Assembly (NCBI GenBank): GCA_023457235.1
Contig: JAEWMK010000222.1
Location: 1 to 37,848 of the forward strand
Reading direction: 5' to 3'
DNA: 37,848 bases
Origin: Bacillota bacterium
Lineage (GTDB): Bacteria; Bacillota; Bacilli; Bacillales; Bacillaceae_J
In this document: one piece after another, positions 30,159 through 37,848 of the stretch
Numbering within the stretch: position 1 is the stretch's first letter
Layout of the letters: each line of letters starts with the position of its first letter
Translations under genes and position numbers: made by a program
Notes under the pieces: model-generated
Seen by the model: the letters and a program-made list of their open reading frames with translations, nothing else
Databases searched by the model: none
What the model was told of the DNA's origin: nothing

Positions 30159-30313
30159 TAGAAAAGCGAAAGCGCCTTGCTCATCGCCGTACAAACTGGA
30201 GAGTCTTCGGTCTCGAGATAAAGGAAACTTGAATTGCGTTAGCAATTCTTAGTTGACTTATCGTAGGGAGGAAACCTGAAGTTTGCGAGGCGATAGGCGC
30301 TGGAGCTAGACAA
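30159..30313 (-). repeat. ~150-bp structured intergenic repeat, copy 3 (inverted, more divergent)
   Basis: TAGAAAAGCGAAAGCGCC..GAGATAAAGGAAAC..GTTGACTTATCGTAGGGAG..GGCGCTGGAGCTAGACAA. Confidence 0.88.
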
Positions 30314-30317
30314 AAAC

Positions 30318-30349
30318 AAATGGGCAGAAGTCATACTTCTGCCCATTTT
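30318..30349. terminator. Bidirectional terminator between mbcS and the NAD kinase gene
   Basis: AAATGGGCAGAAGT / ACTTCTGCCCATTTT. Confidence 0.8.
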
Positions 30350-30360
30350 ACTGAATAAAG

Positions 30361-31161
30361 TTACAGAAATTTACGATGAACCTTATGCCAGAAGGAGTTG
30401 TCCTTCATTTTGACCGTTTTTATTTTTTTATCACCTAATGTAATCTCAATTTTATCTATATGTTGAATACTTAATGCCTCATTATCCATTCCGATAATAG
30501 GATAATCATTACCTTCGTGTACGATTTCAAGCGTAAGCTTCCTTTCACCACCAAGAATAAAGGAAGAGCCTAAAGTTCGGTAAGTATTATTATTTAGTGA
30601 ACCCGCTTCACTTACTTGTAGACAAGGAAGCAATGGATCAATAACAGCTCCACCTAATGATTTCGAATAAGCGGTGCTTCCTGTAGGTGTAGAAATGATC
30701 ATTCCATCGCCACGAAATCTTTCAAAGAGCAAGTCATCAATAGATACATCCATAACAAATGTTTTTATAATAGAAGAACGAACTGTACATTCATTTAAAC
30801 AATAAAAAGAAGTATGGCCATCGATTGTTGCTTTAATCGTTGGGTATCGACGTACCTCCATTTTCTCATTTGTCATCGCATCTACAATTTTATCAGGTTC
30901 ATTTATATAAAAATCTGCATACAAGACAGGTGTATCTGTTTCATTAATTCCTATGTACAAACAATCCTCACGAAAGCCGGTCTTTCTAACCGCCTGCAAA
31001 AACGTTCCATCTCCACCAATACTTGCAATGATATTTGCTTTCTTACTATCATTTACAACAGTAAAGCCATGTTTTTCTGCATGATTTGCTAATTTCTCAA
31101 CTTGTTGTTTCATTTTTTCACTATGTTTATAAGAAAAAAATAAATTCGTTCGATGTGGCAT
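30361..31161 (-). CDS. ppnK: NAD kinase (PpnKB/YtdI)
   Basis: GGDGTFL, NE, GDGMIISTPTGSTAYSKSLGG. Confidence 0.95.
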   Translation of the reverse strand: MPHRTNLFFSYKHSEKMKQQVEKLANHAEKHGFTVVNDSKKANIIASIGGDGTFLQAVRKTGFREDCLYIGINETDTPVLYADFYINEPDKIVDAMTNEKMEVRRYPTIKATIDGHTSFYCLNECTVRSSIIKTFVMDVSIDDLLFERFRGDGMIISTPTGSTAYSKSLGGAVIDPLLPCLQVSEAGSLNNNTYRTLGSSFILGGERKLTLEIVHEGNDYPIIGMDNEALSIQHIDKIEITLGDKKIKTVKMKDNSFWHKVHRKFL

Positions 31162-31274
31162 ACAGGGACCTCCTTAAATAGTAAGCTTATTCATTATACT
31201 TAAATACTAATAAATACTATACTAATCCTATGTTCTAATTTCAAACTTTTTTGGTACACTAAATAAGATTAGTA

Positions 31275-31300
31275 GGAAACTTTTTACATGTCAAAACGTA
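31275..31300 (+). promoter_or_regulatory. SigW-type ECF promoter of sppA-yteJ
   Basis: GGAAAC-N16-CGTA; sppA-yteJ is SigW-dependent in B. subtilis. Confidence 0.65.
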
Positions 31301-31340
31301 AAACATGTATGCTGGAAAAAATATTGTAGGAGGTTTATGA

Positions 31341-32351
31341 ATGACTGGAAAACGCTGGTTAGCATTAGGAATCGCAGCAGTTTTATTTTTCTTTTCACTA
31401 GGTGTTAATTTTTTATCATCATTAGCATTTGATGAAATGGATAAATGGCAAGTAAGCTTTTTAGACGAACTTAATCAAGAATATACGGAAAAAGTCATTG
31501 AGGAAGGTTTGGATTTAGGCAGTATCGTCGTGTTGGAGGTCAATGGCGTGATTCAAGATCTTGGTGATGTGGAATCCATTTTCTCCTCACCTGGATATAA
31601 TCATAATAGCTTTTTAAGAATGCTTGAACATGCTGGTGAGGATGACGATGTGAAAGGCATCATTATTCGTGTCAATTCACCAGGGGGCGGTGTTTTAGAA
31701 AGTGCTGAAATTCATGATAAAATTGTTGATATAAAAGAAAATTACGAAAAGCCAGTTTATATTTCAATGGGAAGAATGGCAGCTTCAGGTGGGTATTATA
31801 TTTCCACACCTGCTGATAAAATTTTCGCAAGTCCTGAAACAATGACCGGATCGTTAGGTGTGATCATGCAGGGCATTAATTATGCCGGTTTGGCCGAAAA
31901 ATACGGTGTAAAATTCGAAACGATAAAAAGTGGTCCCTATAAGGATATTATGAGTCCTACTAGAGAAATCACAGAGGCGGAGAGAAAAATACTCCAAGAA
32001 ATGGTTAATAACTCTTACCAAGGCTTTGTAAATGTAATTGCAAAAGGAAGGAATATGACTGAGGATCAAGTAAGACAAATCGCAGACGGCAGAATCTATG
32101 ACGGAAGACAAGCGAAAACTCTAGGTCTGATTGATGAATTTGGGTATCTTGATGATACGATCAATGCGATGAAGGAGCTGGAAGGAGTAGGTGATGTCAG
32201 CGTGATTCAATATGAATCTTCTTTTGGGTTTAATTCATTCTTCCAAGTGGCTAGTCAGCGCATTTTTTCTGATGATTTTGAGTTGCTTAATTTAACAAAA
32301 CTTATGAGTCAGCCGAATTCTCCAAGACTGATGTATCTGTATGCCCGTTAA
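31341..32351 (+). CDS. sppA: Signal peptide peptidase SppA (S49)
   Basis: RVNSPGG, AASGGYYIS, TGSLGV, KSGPYKD, ADGRIYDG. Confidence 0.96.
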   Translation: MTGKRWLALGIAAVLFFFSLGVNFLSSLAFDEMDKWQVSFLDELNQEYTEKVIEEGLDLGSIVVLEVNGVIQDLGDVESIFSSPGYNHNSFLRMLEHAGEDDDVKGIIIRVNSPGGGVLESAEIHDKIVDIKENYEKPVYISMGRMAASGGYYISTPADKIFASPETMTGSLGVIMQGINYAGLAEKYGVKFETIKSGPYKDIMSPTREITEAERKILQEMVNNSYQGFVNVIAKGRNMTEDQVRQIADGRIYDGRQAKTLGLIDEFGYLDDTINAMKELEGVGDVSVIQYESSFGFNSFFQVASQRIFSDDFELLNLTKLMSQPNSPRLMYLYAR

Positions 32352-32368
32352 AAGGAAGGAGTGTTAAC

Positions 32369-32890
32369 ATGGACCATGATTTAGAAGAAACGTTGGACCC
32401 AACTGCTGAAGAACAACAAGCTATCGTAAATGCGAATGCAAAACCTCCTGCTACGATCTTTGTTTTATATGCAGGATTTTGGATCCGTTTTTGGGCCTAT
32501 GTCATAGACATGATTGTTGTAGGTAGTTTATATCGTATATTTGTATACCCAATCTTAAGATGGCTCGATATCTCGATTGTAGAAACGAGTATGTTATCAA
32601 CCGTGGCGATTTCAACGGCAGTTGTGATGTATGCCTATTTTATTATTATGACAAAATTATTAGGTCAAACATTAGGCAAAATGGTTTTTGGCTTAAAAGT
32701 CATTGATGAAAATAAAGAAAAACTCTCATGGGATACGGTGATCTTTAGAGAGTTAATTGGGAAATTTATTAGTAAAACAGCTTTCTTTTTAGGGTTTATT
32801 ACGATCGGCTTTTCAAGAAAGAAAAAAGGCTGGCATGACTATTTTGGCGATACACTCGTCATTCAGGAACGTAAAGGTGTGCAAATTTAG
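32369..32890 (+). CDS. yteJ: RDD family membrane protein YteJ
   Basis: YAGFWIRFWAYVID, GQTLGKMVFGLKV, WHDYFGDT. Confidence 0.92.
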   Translation: MDHDLEETLDPTAEEQQAIVNANAKPPATIFVLYAGFWIRFWAYVIDMIVVGSLYRIFVYPILRWLDISIVETSMLSTVAISTAVVMYAYFIIMTKLLGQTLGKMVFGLKVIDENKEKLSWDTVIFRELIGKFISKTAFFLGFITIGFSRKKKGWHDYFGDTLVIQERKGVQI

Positions 32891-32980
32891 GCGTTTTCCC
32901 AACCTGCTGACTTCATTATTATCAGCAGGTTTATTTGTGTTTTCGGGAGGTGATAATGAGTGTGAAAGGAAGTGGAAGGG

Positions 32981-33700
32981 ATGAAATGGGTCTTAATAAT
33001 CCTTATTTCTTTACTCGCATTAATTTTACTTATCTCATTTATGAAACTAAGAATCAAAGTTGACATTTTACATAACGAAGAAAATAACCATATCAAAATC
33101 AAAATGATGGTACTTTTTGGTTTAATCTCTTACACATATAAAGTGCCATTAATAAAAGTGGACGAGGAAAATCTATCCTTAGTTGTTAAAAGCGAGACAT
33201 TGGCAGGGAGCAGTGCTGAAAAAACAACTACTTCTGAACAAAAGACGAGAATTACACCACATGATGTGATGGAAAAAATTAGACAGGCAAAGGAATTTTT
33301 GGAACATGTTGTGTATCTTCGTGGGATTGTGAAAAAGTTTGTAAATCATATTACTATTCACCGATTAGAATGGAGCAGCTCATTTGGACTTGGAGATGCA
33401 GCACAAACGGGTATGGCTACTGGTACTTTATGGGCATTAAAAGGAGGAATTGTGGGTATACTAGCTCATTATATGAGGCTTAAATCAAAGCCCGTAATAG
33501 CTATTACTCCTTTCTTTCTCGAGAATGTGGTACGTACGAAGGTGATATGTATTTTTTCATTTCGGATCGGGTATGCTATTCTCGGAGGATTACGAGTCGT
33601 GAAATATTGGAAGAGTACTAAAGGAGGAAAACAACATGTCAGAACATCCAATTCAGGGCTTAATGACAACAGCTATGGAAAGTTTGAAGCAAATGATTGA
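32981..33700 (+). CDS. ytfI: DUF2953 family protein YtfI
   Basis: N-terminal TM helix, GLGDAAQTGMATG; overlaps the start of gerW. Confidence 0.85.
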   Translation: MKWVLIILISLLALILLISFMKLRIKVDILHNEENNHIKIKMMVLFGLISYTYKVPLIKVDEENLSLVVKSETLAGSSAEKTTTSEQKTRITPHDVMEKIRQAKEFLEHVVYLRGIVKKFVNHITIHRLEWSSSFGLGDAAQTGMATGTLWALKGGIVGILAHYMRLKSKPVIAITPFFLENVVRTKVICIFSFRIGYAILGGLRVVKYWKSTKGGKQHVRTSNSGLNDNSYGKFEAND

Positions 33701-34106
33701 TGTCAACACAATCATTGGGGACCCAGTAGAAACCCCGGATGGCAGTGTTATACTAACCGTTTCCAAAGTAGGTTTTGGATTTGCAGCCGGTGGCAGCGAG
33801 TTTCAAGCCCAAGGGCAAGCGGGCGGAGGCGGCAGTGAAGGCGGTAGTTCTAACCAATTTCCTTTTGGCGGCGGTAGTGGGGGTGGAGTCTCGATTACGC
33901 CAATCGCCTTTTTAGTTGTCAATGCATCAGGTGTTAAAATGATTCACTTAGATGAGAGTACACATCTATTTGAACGACTGTTGGATCTTGCACCGCAAGC
34001 AGTTGAAAAAATCCAAAGCATGATGAGTAGCAATAAAAATGACCAGTCTAATGGAAATGGACAGCAAAACCAACAAAATAAACATTATGAAGAGCCACCA
34101 ATTTAA
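33636..34106 (+). CDS. ytfJ: GerW (YtfJ) family sporulation protein
   Basis: HPIQGLMTTAMESLKQMIDVNTIIGDPV, VSKVGFGFAAGGSEF, GGGSGGGVSITPIAFLVV. Confidence 0.95.
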   Translation: MSEHPIQGLMTTAMESLKQMIDVNTIIGDPVETPDGSVILTVSKVGFGFAAGGSEFQAQGQAGGGGSEGGSSNQFPFGGGSGGGVSITPIAFLVVNASGVKMIHLDESTHLFERLLDLAPQAVEKIQSMMSSNKNDQSNGNGQQNQQNKHYEEPPI

Positions 34107-34226
34107 AAAAAGTTAGCTTTTTGCTAACTTTTTTATTTTTTAAGGTTTTAAACTTTAAAATAGTGGAATATATATAAAGGTTAAAAATTTTAAATTTAAA
34201 TTTATTAGATTTGGGGAGGAAGTTAA

Positions 34227-34727
34227 ATGGCTAATGTAACATTTAAGGGCAATCAAATAACACTACTTGGTAATGAAGTGAAGGTTGGAGATAAGGCGCC
34301 AAACTTTACAGTTTTAGCTAATGACTTAAGTGAAGTAACATTGGACAATTCAAAAGGGAATGTTCGTTTAATTAGTGTTGTTCCATCACTAGACACAGGT
34401 GTATGTGATGCCCAAACAAGACGCTTTAACGAGGAAGCAGCAAGTTTACCAAATGTTAAAATTTTAACAATTAGCGTTGATCTGCCATTTGCGCAAAAAC
34501 GCTGGTGTGGTGCAGCTGGGATTGAAAATGTACAAACATTGTCTGACCATCGCGACCTATCATTTGGAGAAGCATTTGGTGTTGCTATTCAAGAACTTCG
34601 TCTTTTGACACGTGCAGTTTTCGTTGTTGATAGCAATGACACAGTTACATATGTAGAGTATGTTCCAGAGGCAACTGATCATCCAAACTATGAAGCAGCG
34701 ATTGCTGCGGCAAAAGATGCTAAATAA
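34227..34727 (+). CDS. tpx: Thiol peroxidase Tpx
   Basis: [31 protein letters not shown]. Confidence 0.97.
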   Translation: MANVTFKGNQITLLGNEVKVGDKAPNFTVLANDLSEVTLDNSKGNVRLISVVPSLDTGVCDAQTRRFNEEAASLPNVKILTISVDLPFAQKRWCGAAGIENVQTLSDHRDLSFGEAFGVAIQELRLLTRAVFVVDSNDTVTYVEYVPEATDHPNYEAAIAAAKDAK

Positions 34728-34740
34728 TCAAATAATAGTA

Positions 34741-34773
34741 AAAAGGGCTGTTTCAATTTGAGACAGCCCTTTT
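34741..34773 (+). terminator. Terminator after tpx
   Basis: AAAAGGGCTGTTTCAA / TTGAGACAGCCCTTTT. Confidence 0.8.
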
Positions 34774-34822
34774 CTAATGATAAAATACTCCTTATGGAAA
34801 TTATTTTGAGGGGAGAACGAAA

Positions 34823-35815
34823 ATGGCTGCCACGATCTTAGATATGGAAAAGTTATTTCAACTATTTGATAATTCCGCGACGATATTAATAAACGAATTA
34901 CAAATATCGTATTTAGATGCTTTAGCGGAATCAAGTGAGAACTTGTTTGAAGGAGAAATCCTGCAAGATATAGATTCTTTTACAAAAAGAAGATTACAAA
35001 AAGAATATGAGGGTGTTGATTTAACACAAGTTTCAAATGAAATGATTCGCAAAGCTCTTCAATTGGCAATTTTAAAGGGGATGAAGGAAGCGATTCAGCC
35101 GAATCATGAAATGACCCCTGATGCCGTATGCATCTTTATTAGTTACCTTGTCGAGAAACTCATGCAAAAAAAACAACAGTTTAGTTTGCTTGATCCTGCA
35201 TATGGCACTGGTAACCTTGTGACAGCAATTTTAAATAATACTAACAAAGCAGTGAAAGCTTATGGGGTTGAAGTGGATGAGACCCTTATGAAGTTGGCTT
35301 TTGCTGGGGCAAATCTGCAAAGACATGAAATAGAATTATTTAGACAGGATGCTTTGCAGCCTATTTTTGTTGAAGATGTTGACGTAATCGTTGTTGATGT
35401 TCCAGTCGGGTATTACCCAAATGGTGTTGTTGCAAACGAATATGAACTCTCAACGAAAAGCGGAGGACATTCGTTTTCTCACTATTTATACATCGAAAAA
35501 AGCTTGAAACATCTAAAAGACGGTGGTTTTCTTGTAGCGATGATCCCTAACTTTATGTTTGAGGGGGAAGAGGCTGCACATCTGAATGAATTTATTAAAA
35601 GCAATGCGGTTGTTATCGGCCTATTGCAGCTGCCATTATCGATGTTCAAAAACAATAAACATGCCAAAAGCATTTTTATACTTCAAAAAAAGGGTGAAGA
35701 TGTTCGTGTGCCGAAGCAGGCCCTGCTTGCAGAACTACCAAGCTTCTCGAAAAAAGAGGCAATGCGTGGGATTATAAAAAATATTGATAGTTGGTTTAAA
35801 GATAATCTAGTCTAA
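34823..35815 (+). CDS. ytxK: Class I SAM-dependent methyltransferase YtxK
   Basis: QPNHEMTPD, LDPAYGTGNL, DVPVGYYP; conserved position before ackA. Confidence 0.92.
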   Translation: MAATILDMEKLFQLFDNSATILINELQISYLDALAESSENLFEGEILQDIDSFTKRRLQKEYEGVDLTQVSNEMIRKALQLAILKGMKEAIQPNHEMTPDAVCIFISYLVEKLMQKKQQFSLLDPAYGTGNLVTAILNNTNKAVKAYGVEVDETLMKLAFAGANLQRHEIELFRQDALQPIFVEDVDVIVVDVPVGYYPNGVVANEYELSTKSGGHSFSHYLYIEKSLKHLKDGGFLVAMIPNFMFEGEEAAHLNEFIKSNAVVIGLLQLPLSMFKNNKHAKSIFILQKKGEDVRVPKQALLAELPSFSKKEAMRGIIKNIDSWFKDNLV

Positions 35816-35831
35816 ATAGTTTTGCGTATTT

Positions 35832-35980
35832 TTGTCTAGTTCCAGCGCCCAGCGACTAGTGAACTTCGCCCACCTCCCTACGATAAGTCAACATCGAAAT
35901 ACTCCGTATTCCGTGTTTCCTTTATCTCAGTCGATGGGCTCCAGTCCATACGTCGCTAAACGGGCGCTTCCACTTTTCTA
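35832..35980 (+). repeat. ~150-bp structured intergenic repeat, copy 4
   Basis: TTGTCTAGTTCCAGCGCCC..GGGCGCTTCCACTTTTCTA. Confidence 0.9.
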
Positions 35981-36016
35981 AACAGTACCAAAAGTCTGAA
36001 AAGGTGAACTTCGACG

Positions 36017-36030
36017 GGTAAGCGTTGCCA
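36017..36030. promoter_or_regulatory. cre (CcpA) site upstream of ackA
   Basis: GGTAAGCGTTGCCA resembles TGWAARCGYTWNCA; ackA is CcpA-activated in B. subtilis. Confidence 0.55.
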
Positions 36031-36149
36031 TATGATTTTTAACATTGCTGATAAGTATTTAATTTGCTTAAATGATAAAGTGCAAAAAGTTACATACTAA
36101 GACTATTCATACGCAAAGGCGCATTTGATTAAAGGAGCTGTTATATACA

Positions 36150-37337
36150 ATGTCAAAAATTTTGGCTATTAATGCAGGTAGTTCATCTTTTAAATTTCAA
36201 TTATTTGAAATGCCAAGTGAAGAGGTTTTAACTAAAGGATTAGTAGAAAGAATCGGCTTAAATGACTCTATTTTCACGATTACAGTGGACGGTGAAAAAC
36301 AAAAAGAGGTATCTGATATCCCTAATCATGCTGTTGCTGTTAAACAACTGTTAGAAAAGTTAGTCGATTTAGGTATTTTATCATCCTTAGATGAAATTGA
36401 TGGTATCGGGCATCGTGTTGTCCACGGTGGGGAAAAATTCAGCGATTCTGTTTTAATCACTGAAGAAGTAATTGAAACGATCGATAAATTATCGGAGCTG
36501 GCACCTTTACATAATCCGGCAAATCTAGTCGGAATTAAAGCCTTTAAAGAGGTATTACCAAATGTTCCGGCTGTAGCTGTTTTCGATACGGCTTTTCATC
36601 AATCCATGCCGGAAAAATCATTTTTATACAGCTTGCCATATGAATATTACACAAAATTCGGGATCCGCAAATACGGATTTCATGGCACATCCCATAAATA
36701 CGTTTCCCATCGTGCTGCTGAGTTAATGAATCGTCCCCTTCATACATTGCGTTTACTATCTTGTCATTTAGGAAATGGTGCTAGTATAGCCGCAATCGAA
36801 GGCGGAAAATCAATTGATACTTCGATGGGATTCACACCATTAGCAGGCGTAACAATGGGAACTAGATCCGGCAACATTGATCCGGCATTGATCCCATACA
36901 TCATGGAAAAAACGGGAAAAGATGCAGATGAAGTTCTTGAGGTTTTAAATAAACAAAGCGGAATGCTTGCCATTTCTGGTTTCTCCAGTGATTTGCGTGA
37001 TATTGAGATCGAGGCAGAAAAAGCGAATGAGCGGGCTGAGCTTGCTTTGAATGTTTTTGCCTCAAGAATTCATAAATATATCGGTTCCTATGCTGCAAGA
37101 ATGGGTGGTGTAGATGCCATTATTTTCACTGCCGGTATTGGTGAAAACAGTGATGTGGTCCGTGCTCGCGTTCTTCAAGGATTAGAGTTCATGGGTGTTT
37201 ATTGGGATCAAGAATTAAACAAAGTCCGCGGTAAGGAAGTATTCATTAACCAACCGCAATCACCTGTTAAAGTTATCGTTATTCCAACGAATGAAGAGGT
37301 TATGATTGCAAGAGATACACAGCGATTGGCGTTATAA
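36150..37337 (+). CDS. ackA: Acetate kinase
   Basis: [49 protein letters not shown]. Confidence 0.98.
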   Translation: MSKILAINAGSSSFKFQLFEMPSEEVLTKGLVERIGLNDSIFTITVDGEKQKEVSDIPNHAVAVKQLLEKLVDLGILSSLDEIDGIGHRVVHGGEKFSDSVLITEEVIETIDKLSELAPLHNPANLVGIKAFKEVLPNVPAVAVFDTAFHQSMPEKSFLYSLPYEYYTKFGIRKYGFHGTSHKYVSHRAAELMNRPLHTLRLLSCHLGNGASIAAIEGGKSIDTSMGFTPLAGVTMGTRSGNIDPALIPYIMEKTGKDADEVLEVLNKQSGMLAISGFSSDLRDIEIEAEKANERAELALNVFASRIHKYIGSYAARMGGVDAIIFTAGIGENSDVVRARVLQGLEFMGVYWDQELNKVRGKEVFINQPQSPVKVIVIPTNEEVMIARDTQRLAL

Positions 37338-37348
37338 TAAAATTCAGT

Positions 37349-37383
37349 AAAAGGACTGTCCGTAATAATATGGCAGTCCTTTT
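37349..37383 (+). terminator. Terminator after ackA
   Basis: AAAAGGACTGTC / GGCAGTCCTTTT. Confidence 0.8.
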
Positions 37384-37502
37384 AACTTTATTCAGCAGAC
37401 TGAATAAAGTTAAAGCCTCCGGCGGATGCCTCAGATTTTCAAAGGTAGTTTTTCGAGCTTGCTCGCGAGTATGGGCCCAAATACGCCAAGGCGCATTTGA
37501 TT
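37381..37502. repeat. Palindrome-rich element, probably a second repeat family; its last 22 bp recur at 36109-36130
   Basis: Perfect 15-bp stem TTTAACTTTATTCAG/CTGAATAAAGTTAAA; CGAGC-TT-GCTCG; ATACGCCAAGGCGCATTTGATT. Confidence 0.55.
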
Positions 37503-37727
37503 TAATTTATTTCTAGGCTCTTCATTGAAACTCTTATCCATAAACCGTTAAAATGTAGATAGCAAGGCAGTTAAGATAGGAGGTAGAAACAGTTTCAAAA
37601 ATAATATAAATAAATATACAAAACTATACAAACCTCTAAATTATTTTTAAATATACACTTGATTTAGGAACATTTGTTTCTGTTTATGGTATAATAATTT
37701 ATATAATAATAGTAGAGGTTCATAAAA

Positions 37728-37848
37728 ATGAAAGTGACTCGCACAGGTTTATTATTCATTGAAAATAAGGCTGATGAAAAAGAATTATTTGATTTAATGG
37801 CTGTGTTTTCTTCTGCCATTCGCTATTCGTTTAACCGACTTCTTGATG
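37728..37848 (+). CDS. tnpB: IS200/IS605/IS607-family TnpB-related protein, N-terminal 40 codons (runs off the window edge)
   Basis: RBS AGAGGT. MKVTRTGLLFIENKADEKELFDLMAVFSSAIRYSFNRLLD matches the DLM..FSSA.RYAYNRLLE start of TnpB-related proteins; the RuvC motifs are not visible in the window. Confidence 0.65.
   Translation, partial: MKVTRTGLLFIENKADEKELFDLMAVFSSAIRYSFNRLLD

Noticed and set aside
34823..35815. YtxK as the cognate methyltransferase of the island nuclease
   Set aside because: It is a conserved core gene next to ackA, about 22 kb away, with nothing linking it to the island.
19235..37098. Numerous 60-175 aa antisense or alternate-frame ORFs inside core genes
   Set aside because: They overlap well-supported conserved genes and have no recognisable motifs.
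37534..37542. DnaA-box-like TTATCCATA
   Set aside because: A single copy with one mismatch is expected by chance.

Overview
Chromosomal window from a spore-forming Bacillaceae genome. Most of it is the conserved core block known from B. subtilis: class A PBP (partial) / T-box-tyrS ... rpsD, dgcP(ytrP), refZ, hisJ(hisK), ezrA, brnQ(braB), iscS-thiI, sspA, mbcS(ytcI), NAD kinase, sppA-yteJ, ytfI-gerW, tpx, ytxK, ackA. Between tyrS and rpsD, which are neighbours in B. subtilis, lies a ~14.7 kb accessory island with no recognisable integrase. It contains a 52-bp-period palindromic tandem array, a frameshifted WYL regulator with a palindromic operator facing a decayed phosphoesterase gene, an LRR protein, a candidate structured RNA, J-domain and WG-repeat proteins and a NucS-like nuclease fused to a RAMA-like domain. 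It ends with two transcription units that share an identically spaced 17-bp promoter motif; the second encodes a small protein, a SpoVK/CbbX-like AAA ATPase and an atypical HisRS paralog. Four copies of a ~150-bp structured intergenic repeat are scattered through the core region. The window ends in the 5' part of a TnpB-like gene preceded by a LexA-like box. All family assignments come from motif recognition by eye, not from database searches.
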